Positions 34,994-49,300 of a stretch of 64,000 bases of DNA are shown here, piece by piece (the stretch's first letter is position 1; the number at the start of each line of letters is the position of its first letter). The DNA comes from Carcharhinus amblyrhynchos. Lineage: Eukaryota. The notes below the pieces were generated by a model. The model saw nothing but the letters and a program-made list of their open reading frames with translations, was not told the DNA's origin and ran no database searches. The stretch lies in the NCBI GenBank assembly GCA_965287045.1, contig OZ336876.1:90396001-90460000 (forward strand), written 5' to 3'. The translations under genes were made by a program, and so were the position numbers.

Positions 34994-36511
34994 TAGTGAT
35001 TATTTCCCAAACCTCGCTGGATTCCGGGGAAGTGCCGGAAGATTGGAAAACGGCTAATGTTACGCTGCTGTTTAAAAAGGATAGCAGGCAAAAGGCAGGG
35101 AATTATAGGCCAGTTAGTTTAACATCTGTTGTAGGAAAAATGCTTGAATCCATCAACAAAGAGGAAATAGCGAGGCGTCTTGAGAAGAATTGTTTGATAG
35201 AGCAGACGCAGCATGGATTCGTTAAGGGGAAGACGTGTCTGACGAATTTATTGGAATTCTATGAGGATGTGTCTAGTGCGGTGGACGGAGAGGAACCGGT
35301 GGATGTGGTGTTTCTCGATTTTTCAGAAGGCGTTTGATAAGGTGCCGCACAAAAGGTTGTTACAGAAAGTTAGGGGGCATGGAGTTGGGGGTAAGGTGTT
35401 AGCGTGGATAGGGGATTGGCTGTCAAATAGGAGGCAGAGAGTGGGTGTCAATGGGTGCTATTCTGATTAGCAGTTGGTGACTAGTGGAGTGCCCCAGGGA
35501 TCGGTGCTGGGGCCTCAGCTATTTACCATTTATATAGATGATCTGGAGGAGGGAGCTGAGTGTAGGGTGTCGAAATTTGCTGATGACACAAACATAAGTG
35601 GAACAGCAAATTGTGCGGAGGGTGTAGAAAGTCTGCAGAGGGATCTACATAGGCTGAGTGAGTGGGCGAGGACCTGGCAGATGGAATACGATGTTGGCAA
35701 GTGTGAGGTTATCCAGTTTGGCAGGAATAATAGTAGGAAGGACTACTACTTACAGGGCAAAAAGCTGCAGCATGCTATGGTGCAGAGGGACTTGGGGGTC
35801 CTTGTGCATGAGTCGCAAAAACCCAGCCTACAGGTGCAGCAGGTGGTCAGGAAGGCAAATGGGATGCTGGCCTTCATAGCGAGGGGGATTGAATATAAAA
35901 GTAGGGAGGTCTTGCTGCAACTGTACAGGGCACTGGTGAGGCCGCAGCTGGAGTATAGTTTGGTCACCGCACTTGCGCAAGGATATTTTGGCCTTGGAGG
36001 GAGTGCAGAGGAGGTTTACTAGGCTGATACCGGAGTTGAGGGGGTTGAGCTATGAAGAGAGACTGAATAGACTGGGCTTGTATTCGTTAGAGTTTAGAAG
36101 GATGAGGGGGGATCTTATTGCGACATATAAGATGATGAAAGGGATGGATAGGGTAGAGGTGGAGAGGTTCTTCCCGCTCAGAAAGGACAGCAGGACTAGA
36201 GGGCACAGCCCCAAGATAAGGTGGGGGGGGGGCAGTTTAGAACAGAGTTGAGGAGGAACTTCTTCACTCAAAGGGTGGTGAATCTCTGGAATTCTCTGCC
36301 CATTGAAGTGGTGGAGGCTACCTCGCTAAATATATTTAAGATGCAGGTAGATAGGTTTTTGGTAGGCAGGGAAATTAAGGGTTATGGGGAGAAAGCGGGA
36401 AAGTGGAACTGAGCCACTTCAGATCAGCCATGATCTTGTTGAATGGTGGGGCAGGCTCGAAGGGCTAGATGGCCTACTCCTGCTCCTATTTCTTATGTTC
36501 TTATGTTCTTA
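34994..36511 (+). mobile_element. Young CR1, 5'-truncated, RT disrupted
   Basis: ORFs 34975-35337, 35261-35470, 35474-36022, 35973-36251 and 36221-36412 tile ORF2. (TTCTTATG)n tail. Confidence 0.95.
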
Positions 36512-38199
36512 TCTCGCCAAAGACCTCCATCCGCTCTCCCACTTTACAATTGCAGATAGTAATGATGCCACTAGGCCCTCACAATCAAACCGTTTATCAC
36601 CACTCTCTCCTCACCCACTTCTACTCCTCCTCCTTCCGCACTTCCCTTCTCCTCCTCCTCCCTTTCCTGTTGCTCACCTCCATATCCCCTCAGTAAGGTT
36701 TAAAAGTCACTTTCAAAGAATAATAATTTCAATTATACCATTTGCTGCTATTCTTACAGCTGTACAAAGTAGATGCAGAGTATGCTAATTACATTTGAGT
36801 ATTCTGTGTAGTAAATGAAGTAAACCAATACTTATAATGATATCTGTGATTAGTTCTGTATAATTAATAAAAACTTGACATGGTAATGAGCAGACAGTAA
36901 GTTGACTCATATACTGTGCATTGATTTGCATTTATTTGATTCTTGGGGGCACCATTTCATCATATTGTGCTACTTTGTAACTGGAATGCAGGCCCACATT
37001 GATGATGCTGTCTTTTTATTGCACTCCTTGAAGGTAAAATTTCCATGATTCTGTTTGGTAGTTGTTTGCGCATAGGGGAGCATTAAAGCCTTGTTTTCTA
37101 TTGGTGACTGCAGCTGTTCCATTTTAAATAGCTCCAGGCACCAGCCAGATTAATTTTAAACTACCTAATTTGTACTGCAACAGAGCAGAGCAACTAGCCA
37201 AATAAAACCCGCAACGAAAACTCTACTATTGGTAGTCATTTAATATGTTCTTATTTATAAAATTGTGTATTTTCACCCAGATCTGCTTACCAATTTAGAT
37301 CACTTCATTAGCTGTTAAGTGATGGATTGGATTGTTTTGTTGTGCAATGCTTGTTCTGGTTGAAAATAAGTATTTTGTCCTTTCTGCGTAGTCTTGGCAT
37401 CGCTCAAAATTTAATCTGAAATACCTTGAGCTGCTTTGCAGTACAGCCACAGCCCTGACTTCAGCAGCAGCAGCTCTGTAACATGAGGTAGTACTCCTGT
37501 GCCTGGAGCTGCTATGAACCATCTCAGGAACTGGTTTCATAGAGGTCAGTGCCAGCCATTTGTCTGCTTGTGGATGAATTGTACACCCATTTGCTGACAA
37601 TTGGATTTTCCAGACTCTGAGTATTATGTTCAGTTTTAATTAACACATTGCAAATATCTGTATATTCTTTGGAAATGGCCCAGGGAAAAGTAACAAGGTT
37701 GATCCCAAGTGTAAAGAGGATAAGCAATGGAGGAATTTAATCATGATAATTTAAAAATTAAATGGCTAAACAGGTGGTGGGGTCAGGGGCTGATGGCGGG
37801 ATGGTGGGGAAACCTACTGAAGTTGCAAATTGCCAACTGATATATGCCAAAGCACCAGAGGAGTTTAATAAGATGAAAATCTAAACCAATATTCAGAAGA
37901 ATTTATTTATTCAAAAAGTAATACATGTCTGGATGTACTGAGAAGACAAAATGCAAATGTTATTGGGTTGTTCCAGACAGATAGGTAAATTTTGTGATGG
38001 GCAGTTAAGATACTAAGGGCTGAGCTTCAACTGGCTCCTCCAAGGAGATGCTGTGAGGAAAACCAGAAACTTGGGTTGCATTGTCATTTGCCTGACTCGG
38101 TCCAGATCTTCATCTGCCAATAACTGTTTCCCAGCCAAATGTTTGGAGCAGACCAGTTCTGACATTTTATTTCTTCATTTGTAAATGGGAAACACAGTA

Positions 38200-38625
38200 A
38201 AAAAAAAGTTAATAGAATTTCCGGCTAGACATGGGTAGGTAGGCAAATTTGTTTAACAAATTAGTTAGATTACAATTGGAAAGATCGAGGGTTTTGGGTA
38301 ATCATTACACAAAAGATATACAGACTAAAGAAAGCAGCAGCATAGATTTACAAAGGTAGTACCACGGATGAGGTAATTACAATAGGAGACTTGAAAAGGC
38401 TAGGACTGAATTGATTGGAAGAATTGTTTGAAGATTTGAAAGGATAAACAATGACCTATTATTTCTACTGGTCAATGAATTGGCCACTAAATGGGTACAA
38501 ACTTTGAGCATCAAAAACTTAAGAGTTTAGAATGTTTTTGCTGTTCGCTATTGAAACCAAGTCAACAATGGTATCTAAAAGAGAACTAGATAGGCACTTG
38601 GAAAGGAAAATATTAATGGCTGTAA
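38200..38625 (+). mobile_element. Highly degenerate CR1 3' fragment
   Basis: Remnants such as cagcatagatttacaaagg and taaaagagaactagataggcacttg. Confidence 0.5.
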
Positions 38626-38635
38626 AGAAGTGGTG

Positions 38636-38765
38636 ATATGGAGATGCCGGTGTTGGACTAGGGTAAACACAGCAAGAAGTCTCACAACACCAGTTTAAAG
38701 TCCAGCAGGTTTATTTGGTAGCGAAAGCCGCTTTGGTAGTGCTGCCCCTTCGTCAGGTATGTGGA
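38636..38765 (-). mobile_element. Solo Penelope P1 pLTR 3' part
   Basis: Reverse complement of about 33100-33229. Retains CTGACGA on the minus strand. Confidence 0.8.
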
Positions 38766-38994
38766 ACAGGGGAAAGTACTCGGCTCTGGCATGAGGCTTT
38801 GGTTTCCTTTATTAGAATTTCTATAATTTATAATGATAATGCAGATCCGTTCAGCTTGAGTTTTCCTTTCCTCCCCTTTGGGAAGATATCATTACCTCTG
38901 CCAAACAACTCATATAGATGGAAACCCAGAACATGGTTGAAAGGAGGACTAGAAGGAATTCATTCATTTGACACATTGCTGATATTTAAAAATT

Positions 38995-39352
38995 CTTTAA
39001 TGTGATGAGAGCATTGCTGGCTGGGCCAACATTTATTGCCCTTGAATTGTGTAGGTTGCTAGACCACTTTAGAGGATATTTCAAAGTCAACCACATTTCA
39101 ATGGATCTGGAGTCTTATGTAGGCCAGACCAGGTAAAGATTTCCTTCCCTAAAGAAGGACATTAATGAACCAGATTTATTTTTACAATCGACAATAGTTT
39201 CATGGTCATCATTAGACTTTTAATTCCAGATTTATATTAAATTTAGATTTCCCCATCTGTCATGGTGGGATTCAAACCCAGGTATCCAGAGCATTACTCT
39301 TGGTCTCGGAGTTACTAGTCCAATGACAATTCCACTACACCATAATTTCCCC
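38995..39352 (-). mobile_element. tRNA-derived SINE (family A)
   Basis: Similar to the other copies. Confidence 0.85.
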
Positions 39353-40149
39353 ACATACATTTCCTGAAAAGCATAACTGAGAATGTGATTCATTGTTGAG
39401 GAAGGGCTCTGGCAAGGATTTGAGTTAATCCATTATAGAGTCCAGTGTCCTATTATTGATGAGATGTATATGATAAATGTTTACATTAATTATGACTCAT
39501 GGATTTTGCATTGGCATTATTTTATAAAAGATACAATACTGAGACTTTTCCATTTATAGGTTTTTTTTAACAACATTAAGGGGATTACTAATGGCACAAA
39601 ACAGATTGAAAATATGAAATAAAAGACAATTAATAAACATTGCAGCAAAAAGGAAATTGGATGAAAAACACCTTGAAAACCTGAACTAAAATATGAAAGC
39701 TGTGGGGAAAAAAAGTTGGATGAGTGTTTAGAGTAGAATAGTTTGTCAACGAGAGACGGAAACTAATTGATCTCGTATCAGATTAGTTGCATAGGACTAC
39801 TTTCTCGATCTTGTTCTGACAAAGCATCACGCGCATCTTTATTTTCTTTTTGGGAAGAATGTTTTACATTTGCAGCTTTTAAAGTTTTCTGTTTTTGGTG
39901 GGTCCCTTCGTCAAAAGCAGTGCCATGTCGATGCACATCTATGTTTGTTGACTCCTTCAGTGACCTCTGAGACTTTTTTGTTAGGAGTTAAACCAAATCT
40001 TGCTTTTTGAGAAGCTATTCACGTAAATTATCTGTTCAAGACAATTTACATCTGAGTTCCCAGAAGAGCAGATTCTGTTAAAAGCTTAAATCTTATCTTA
40101 GAAAGCTTATTTCAGAGTACAGATGCTCTGAATATCCCTATTTTAAATA

Positions 40150-40652
40150 TATAAATTCATGGATGAGAGCATTGCTGCGAAGGCCAGCATTTATTACCCA
40201 TCCCTCATTGACCTTAAGAAAACGGTGGTGAGCTGTTGCCTTGAGTTGTGGCATTCTCTGTAACGCTGTTAGACAAGGAGTTTCAGAATTTTAACTCAGC
40301 AGCAACGAAGGAATAGTGATGTATTTCTAAGTCAGGACTGAGAGAGATTTGGAGAACTGGGAGTGATGGTGGTCTCATGTGTCTGCTTCCCTCGCCCTTT
40401 TAGAGGTTGTGGGTTTGGAGGGTGCTATTGAAGCAGCCTAGGTAAGTTGCTGCAGTGCCCATTGTAGATTGTCACTGTGTATCAGTGGTGGAAGGTATGA
40501 AATGTTTAAATTGGTGGATGGGTGCTGATTAAGCAAGCTGCTTTGACCTGGATGATGTCAAACTTCTTGTGTTATTGGAACCACATTCATCCAGGCAACT
40601 GGAGAGTATTCCGTTGCACTCCTGACTTGTGCCTGTAAATGGTTGAAAGGCT
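40150..40652 (-). mobile_element. LINE family B 3' end
   Basis: QAQVRSATEYSPVAWM RT C-terminal motif. 3' tail shared with SINE family A. Confidence 0.75.
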
Positions 40653-43039
40653 TTCTATACGCAGTTTTAATGCAGCCTCGAACATTATTTCTTAAGGGAT
40701 TAGCTACTTTCTTGACGGACAGGAGGGGTACTTCGACTCCCTGCTGCTTTGAAATGAGCCATGTTGACCCACTGTTTCCAGAAAACAAAAAATTGATACA
40801 GCTGAGAATTTGAACAATTTTCACAAAAAAATAAATATGCACCAACTACTTAAATTGTTTTTGGACATTAATATTTGAAACAAATACAAATCCATGAGCT
40901 GTTTCTGGATTGATTGAATAAGTTGAAGTTTACTTGAATGAGTTGAATTTTTATGTAGCATGATACCTTATGTGGAAAGACACATATTAGTTTTACATCA
41001 GTTGAATAGAATATTCACATTGAGTAACATTCAGCAAAACTGAATAAAATCGGTAGTTTTCTACGATGACCTTGTTTTTATTTTCTGATTCTAAATGGTG
41101 CTCACATTTTATTTGTCTGTTATTGGGAATGTGTATACTCTGCAGTATGACGGAATTACAGGTTTTTCTCATCAATATTTACTGCATATGTTTGCTTTGT
41201 TTCATGGGTTGCTGCAGCTTCACCCAAATGGTTATTTTTCATGTGTAAGCACAGACATAAAGAATGTTGACAGATCATTCAGCTGTAGACTGAGAGCATC
41301 ACAGTCAAGTCTGATCTGCTCTTGCTTCTTGCACTCCTAAAATTGTTCAACACATCACATGGTGAATGCATGTACGTTTCAATCCCTTGTAACTGTCCTT
41401 TTACACCAGTACTTTGTTCTGTCTGCTCCAGCTGTTTATATTGACGAGACCCTCCATTTTCTGAAAATTGCAAGTTCTATAACGTAATAAAAACGTTTGC
41501 AATTAGCACAATGTAGAAACTTGCCTGACCTCTTAGTAACCATGTAGTAGTGTTTCTGAACATACAGTAGCCTTTTGATGTGGCTAAGACCCTGCAAAAT
41601 AAAGTTGTTATGTTGTCTTTCTTTAAAAAGCAACTTAAAATCAATAGTATAACTGAAGTGCACAAATGACTCTGAGATGTACAGAAAAATAAGTTGACCT
41701 TCCTATCTAAATCCTCTTATTGGTCGATGAATTTCACAGTGTCATTTGATTTATTTTTCGTTAAATTATTTTAAAGGATATTATAATTGAATCGTTGCAG
41801 AGAAGGGAGGAATTACTGACATTGCCCTTCTTTTCTGTGGTTTCCTAAAATAGCAAATATTGCCACTTACATCGAACAGGGTGGTAAATTCTGTTTAGAG
41901 AGTAGCATCTGTGTAAGTTCAGAAAATGCTAATGAGAAACACTTTTTAAAAAAAAGACAAAGAAAGCTGTGTTTAGCACAGCCATAGGTAGTAATAAGCC
42001 TCATTTTATTTTGCATTTGCTCTTACAACTCCTTTGACACAGCAGGGCATCAGTGTTTCTGTATTGTGACAAATATGTGCTGTTACACACAGGGACAAAC
42101 ACAGATCCTTTGATGAGAAATGTATAAGCCTATTGTAACTGTCATCTAAAGCTAAATTAATTTATGATTTCTAAGGAGTGCAGCACCAAACCAATGATTT
42201 AATTTTATTTTATTTCTGGGGGAAATCTTTTGAAAAATAGTTTTGGCAAACCATTCTGAAGCTGTCTCAGGGAAACAACAGTTAAAGGTCTTCCTTTGTC
42301 GATGGAACAAAAGAAGGGCAGGTCAACTGTATTTGCAAATCTTCCGTTTATAAGTTACGGAGGAGAGATCTGAGTATCTTATCTCCCTATATTTAGTGAG
42401 TGGTGAGCGCCATGCAGAGACTTGAATTAAGGTATTTTGTAATAATAGCTTAAAAAATGTGAGAAAGGAGGAAGGGAAAGGGAAATTTAATAGTTTTCCA
42501 GAAATTGTGCTTTTGAGTAATAGCTGTAAGCAGGCAGAGGTCAAGTCATTATTCAAGTGTTCTCAGCCAGACTTAAGAAATGTAAATGAATACACTTATT
42601 CAGGCCTCCTGAAAATTCTGTCCATCTAAATGAAAGATGTACCTGTCATAGGTACTGAGCTGAACAGATGAGTTTAAAGATGTTGAGCAGACCTGTTCAG
42701 TCACTTTGTCACTTCCAACACCTTTTCTTTCCGGTGTTGCAGAAAACGAAAATTGATAGTTTTGAAGATTATGCTTTCACTTTGTTACTTGTGTGTTTGG
42801 CTTTCTGCTTTCCATATACAAATTGTTCATCTAAACTGGTAAGAAAGCAGTGCCCTCCACAGTGAAAGAAATGCTTCAGATTATGTGGCAGGATCATTGT
42901 AACCAGTCCAGGAATGTTATAGTTATATGTTATAAAGTTGCCATAGTCCCAGATGACCATACGCTGACTCATGGTGATTTAATCTGAGGATAACAATTGC
43001 ATTGAATTTGGAAGTAGCTAATTTCACCTTGCACAATCC

Positions 43040-44700
43040 GTAGAAATTGGAAGCAGGAGTAGGCTCTTTGGCCCTTTGAGCCTGCTGCGCCATTCATGGT
43101 TGATCATCTAATTCAATATACTTCCATATCCTTTGATTCCTTTACCCCAAGAGCTATATCTAATTTCTTCTTGAAATCAGACATTTTGGCCTACTTTCTG
43201 TGGTAGTGAATTCCACACGTTCACCACCCTCTGGGTGAAGAAGTTTCTCCTCACCTCAGTTCTAAAAGGTTTATCCCTTATCCTTAAACTATGACCCCTA
43301 GTTCTGGAGTCCCCTGCCATTGGGAACATTTTCTGAATTTACCCTGTCTAACCCTGTTAGAATTTTATAAGTTTCTATGAGATTTCCTCTCGTTCTTCTG
43401 AACTCCAGTGAGTATATTCCTAACCGACTTAGTTTGTCCTCGTATGACAGACCTTCCACTCCAGGAATCAGCCTGGTAAACCTTCGCTGTGTTCTCTCTA
43501 TGGCAAGGACATCCTTCCTCAAATAAGGACATCAGAACTACACACACTCCAGGTGTGGCCTCACGAATGCCCTATACAATTGCAGCAAAACACCCCTATC
43601 CCTATACTCAAATCCTCTCACTGTGAAGGCCAGTATACCATTTGCCTTCTTTACTGCCTGCTGTACCTGTGCACTTACTTTCAGCAACTGATGCACAAGA
43701 ATACCAAGGTCTCTCTCAACTTACACCCATTCAAATACTATGTCTTCCTACTATTGCTACCAAAGTGAACAACCTCATTTTTATCCATATTACGTTGCAT
43801 CTGACATGCATATGCCCATTCATTTAGCCTGTTCAAATCATGCTGAAGCATCTCGGCATTCTCCTCACAACCAACTTTATATCATCTGCAGATTTGGAGA
43901 TAATTCATTCAGTTCTCTCTTCAAAATCATTTATATAAGGTGAACAGTTGAGCTCCTAGCACAGATCCCTGCAGAACTCCACTAGTCACTGACTGCCAAT
44001 CAGAAAAAGACCTATTTATGTCAACTCTTTGCTTTCTATCTTGCTAACCAGCTTCTATCCTGCTAACCAGCTTCTATCCATCTCAAGACATTACTTGTAA
44101 TCCCATGTGCTTTAATTTTACATAGCAGTCTGCTATGTGAAACCTTGTTGAAAGCCTTCTGAAAGTTTAAATAAACCACATCCACCAGTTCTCCGTGGTC
44201 AGCTTTACTAGTTACATCCTCAAAGAATTCCAATAGATTTGTCAAGCATGATTTCACTTTTGTAAGTTCATGCTGACCTGGTATGATTATACCACTGCCT
44301 TCCAAATGCTGAGATATGAAATCTTTGATAATGGACTCTAGCAACTTGTCCAGAACTAACATTAGGCTCACTGGTCTATAGTTCCATTTTCTCTCTACCT
44401 CCCTCCTTGAATAGCAGGCTTACATTAGCTATCCTCCAATCTGTAGGAACTATTACAGAGTCCAAAGAATTTTGGAAAATAACTACCATTGGATCTCTGT
44501 TTCCAGGGCCACTTCCTTAAGTACCCTGGGATGAAGATTATCAGGACCTGGAGATTTATCCACCTTCAATCCCATCAGTTTCCCCAAAACCATTTTTCTA
44601 TCAATGCTGATTTCCTTCAGCTCCTCACTAAAACTTGTTTCTGTCAGGACTTTTGTATACTATTCATGTCTTCCTTCATGAAGACAAGCAAAGTACGAAT
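43040..44700 (-). mobile_element. Old CR1 3' portion
   Basis: SCLTNLLEFFEDVTS...FQKAFNKVSH; RRFTRLIPGVEGLSYEDKL. A 19-bp tandem duplication lies at 44042-44079. Confidence 0.9.
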
Positions 44701-46399
44701 TTAATCCAACATCACTTTGTTTGAGTTTTGAAGATATGAAACTTGTTCCCATCACGAATGAGGATCATCTGTAGCCATTACACCCCTGAAAATTTAAGAG
44801 TACAAGCTGGAATTGGTATTCTCAATTTACTGTGTTGGTAAAAATAAGAGCACATGTCATTCATGGATGGGAATAGTTGCTTATGGCCTACTAAATAGAT
44901 TCATTAGTCACCAGGTTTCAAACAAGTGAGTTAGCAATAAACAAGGCAATTGAATGTAGATTATATTCTTAAATCACTTCACATTAAATCCCCGTAGATC
45001 ACAGCAAAGTTGGAACAAGTACTGGAAGATATAACTTTACAAGAATGACCAGCAAGGGAGGAAGTTGACAGGAAGAATAGGTGAAATTTGGCCACAGAAT
45101 AATTTAAGAAATAGCTAGAGGCTGTATTGCAAATACAGTAATATTTGTGTCCTGGAAGATGAAACTGATGGACTCAAATGCCTTTACGTGACATCTACAA
45201 CACAGAAATGGGCCATTCAGCCCAACTGTTTAATGCCAGCATTTATGCTCCTCAAACAATTATCTTTATCTAATTCCATTATGTCACTCTTTTTTTCCCT
45301 TTCTCCATCATGTACCTATCTATTTTCCTCTTCACTACATCTATGCTATCACCATAGTTACTCCTTGTGGTGGTGAATTCCAAATTCTAATAGAATCACC
45401 AAGTAAAAAAATGTCTCCTGAATTCCTTATACAAGTTACTTGAGACTTATATTTGTGATTCTGGTTTTGGTCTCCTCCACTTGATTCTGTTGAATACTTA
45501 AAAGATCTCTTGGTTACCCCTTAATCTTTTCTAGACAAGAATTCCAGGCTGTTCACAATAACATTAGCTGTCTGACAGTCTTCTGATATGATTTTTTAAA
45601 AACAGGTTATTTCTAAAGTCCTTGTGCAACTTTAATAACTTTGGAGCTGCATATGATAGCTTTTCATCCAGTTGTTAATTGAGTTCTATATTGTGCATTG
45701 TTCTTATAATGAGCATTGCATTTTTGCCTTGCAGCAGTTGAGGCCCAGTTCTGCCAACCATAGCACATAGTTCACCACTTCTGCTGTCACCATTTCCAAT
45801 CAGGAAAACACTAACACTGCATTAACGGTGACATTAGCAGTTCGTTGTTTATTATATGTACATCCAAAGTTATTAAAGTTTAAAGTTACACAAATACTTA
45901 ATAAACACACTACATATGTAACAGCATCTTCCCTTCCCTAACTCTTTTAATAAGCATGGATGCAATCCCTGCAGAGCAGGAGTTTGATTAGTTATTCATG
46001 ATTGGCCAGTCTTTTCCTTTCTGTCTATGTTTTTAAGCTTTTTGATTTCTCTTTACATGTCATGTCCACCCTCTATGCCTCCACAATTATTCAGTATTTC
46101 TGCCATTTCGCTGTCATTTTCTTTGCATCTAACTTGTGCATCACTCTGTGGCCCTATTCATATCCTGATTTTTCTTGTCTTATTTATATGTAAGATATTT
46201 ACTATTTCTTTATATATCCTTTGATAATTTTCTTTGTATTTTCTCTTTGCCTTCCAAGTTTTATTTTTAATTCCCCGTTTTGTCAGCCATCTTTGCTTGT
46301 TTCTTTCATGTTAGCCACTACTATGAATCTCAACCATGTCGACCCATGCCTCTCTACCCATCCCAAATGGCCCTTCATATCCATTATGCCAACTCATTC

Positions 46400-46740
46400 C
46401 AAAGTATTGGACTAGCAAAGTATTGGACTAGCAATCTAGAGACCCAGGCTAATGCTCTGGGGATCCAAGTCTGAATCCCACCATGGCAGATGGTGAAATT
46501 AAGGAGAATTAAAAGAATCAGAAATTAAAAGTCTAATGATGACCATGAAAACATTGTTGGTTGTCATTAGTGAACCAAATGGGTTTTTTTTAATGTCCTT
46601 TGCAGAAGGAGATCCGTTGCCCTTAACTGGTCTGGCCTACATGTGACTCCAGATCCAGTGCAATGTGGTTGACTCTTGATTCCCCTCTGGGATGAGCAGT
46701 AAATGCTGGCCCAGCCCATGTCCTATGAATGGATAAAAAG
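46400..46740 (+). mobile_element. tRNA-derived SINE (family A)
   Basis: Similar to the other copies. 16-bp tandem duplication CAAAGTATTGGACTAG at 46400-46431. Confidence 0.85.
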
Positions 46741-48974
46741 GAATAAATGAATGCATGTTTGGCTGAGAGCCCAGACATCTATTAGTTTGTTGAAATAGGT
46801 GCACACAAGGGAAAGCATTGCTTAATTGATCACTGTGATTTATTTTGTCACTGGCTCAATGTTTATTTACACAAGATAAAGATGTATCAAGTGCTTATAG
46901 TATCTGTTCTTGATACTTTAAAGGTTTGGTTGGTTATCACTTTCATTGGGTGGTTTGGTAACCATGTTTTTTAAAGGAAATTCTGAATGGTGGTATTTTA
47001 TTCCACACATGCTATTGTTACTTTGAGTTTATTTGTCATTTACAAAATGGGCACTGGTTTAAAGGTCATGGGAAGTGTTATGAGTTGGTATTAAGGTATG
47101 AGAGTGATTGGGCATAGGTTGACATGGATAGGGGAGGGGGGTTAGTGGTGTGTGCTAGAGGGTCTAATAATGATCAAACGAGTGGAATGAAGTCCCAGAA
47201 AATCAAGGTGACCTTTTAGGCAGCCTGCCTCAACAGCCCCTGTACCTGCTTTGAATTTGTTTCTGGGGTCCCCAACTCTATTCTCCATGTCTCCAGAATA
47301 AAAATTGCACTGGTCAGGGTACTTTTCTGTAAGGTGGATGCACTGGGGTAGGAAATTTCCCAAAAATGAAAACTGGCCCTAAGTTTATAGATCCGGGTAT
47401 TCAAATATTTTAAAAATTGAGTCCCTTGAAAAGGTCTTGCATGGCAAACAACAACAAAATTAAGGGCTCATACTTATTGTGCTATCTAAGAATAAATTAG
47501 CGCAATAACACCTTTCTAAATACAGCTTCTATTTTATTGGAATGATAGTGCGTCAGCTTTGTGCAACATTGTGTTCTCCAGGTGGCTTTTCCTTTCTGAC
47601 TTGATATGTAAAACCTTAGCAAGCATCTCTTGGATCTTCAAAAATTCTAGTAATGGCAAATACGAATTTACAGACCAAGTAGAATATGCGCATTTTAAAT
47701 TGGGTTAAAGAAAATGGAGTACCTCCCTTCAAGCTCCTTAGTACCAACCAAGGGAGCGCTCCTCCTCTCCACCTCCAAGCTGCTGAATGTTAAATGGCCA
47801 CAGAGCAACAATATCTTTGGGTGACAGAATGGCAAACTCTGCCATCTGAAAAATCCTGCCCTCTGATGCATTTCATTGCAAAACCAAATTAAATTGCATA
47901 TTAAATCATCCAGTTTTGTGGAAGTATTACGTTTTGTCAAGTGGAATTATGTCATACTGTCTCAGATTAATTACAGTACCTCTCAAAATGTTTTATAACA
48001 GCTTTCTATGTAAAACCTACAGCCTTAAATGTGTTGCTGCTAAATTGTTTTTATCTGTGTTTCAAACCTGTACTCTGGGAGAAATCACTTCACAGCTAAT
48101 GTTGTCATTCGCAGTGCAATGATTTTTGCATCTGAAATCCTACATTTTTATTTTAAATTGCTATTTTTGTATTTTTCTACTCCTTTTTCCTTCCCCTTTA
48201 AATTCAGATTTGCCCAGTGCCAGTCCTCCAGCTGGATAGTTAATAAGTGGGCTGAGGACCCCTTCACTGCTTTTGATGGCTGATGTGCTAGTTAGTCAGC
48301 AGTAGACGTGTAAGCGAGAATGATGGACCAGGAGCTTCCTGCTTTTTCTCTCTCTTGTTCTTTCTCTCAAGTATCTCTTTTTCTCCTTTATTCCGCTTCT
48401 AGTTCCTTTCTGTGCCCACTCTCACAACTTTTTTCCCCCCAATGCCCCCACACTTCCCTCTCCCTTTTCCCCACACTCTCTGCTTTTACTTCCCTTTTTC
48501 ACTCTCCCATAAACATGCTGCTCCTCCTGACCCCTGCTGGCCTATTTCTCCTTTCCTTGCTTCCTCCTCATATCCCCTCTATCCTTTACCCCTCCCATGG
48601 TCCCTATTGCCACTGTAAAAGAGACCAGAGTATACATATAGACAAGAGCAAGACATTTACTTGGAGGGACAATTTTGTTTCTGTGACAATGGGAGATTAC
48701 TTAATATTTTTGTAATGGACCAAATTCAGCATTTTTATTTGATTATTTTTTAAATGCTGCTCTAGGACCAGAGGCATGCATTCAGATTTTATAACTAAAC
48801 TGGTCAAAGATTTCACCTGTGGTTCAATTGTAAAATAATGTTTTCTCAGCTTAACAGGGAGGAGGCATTTATATGTAAGTGGACTATTTTCCAATAGAAT
48901 TAACAGTCAATAAAGTACAATTTGTTATTGAAAATTGCAAATTATCAGAGTATTTCTTTACTTGGTGTACAGTT

Positions 48975-49300
48975 TTTTTTTTATTGAGATGTGGAAGTCA
49001 TTGACTGGGCCAGCATTTATTGCCAATCTGTAATTGTCCTTGGATTGAGTGGCATTCTAGGCCATTTCCGAAGGCATTTAAGAGTCAACCATTTGGTGTT
49101 GATGTAGAATCATATGTAGACCATCCGAGGTAAGACTGGAAGATTTACAGATGGGTTATTATGACAAAATTTTCATGGTCATCCTTTTTAATTCCAGATT
49201 TCTATTGAATTCAAATTTCACCAGCTGATGAAATTTGAACCCCAGTCCCCAGAGCATTATCCTGGGTCTCTGGATTATTAGTCCACTGTACCATTGTCTC
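48975..49300 (-). mobile_element. tRNA-derived SINE (family A)
   Basis: Similar to the other copies. Confidence 0.8.
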
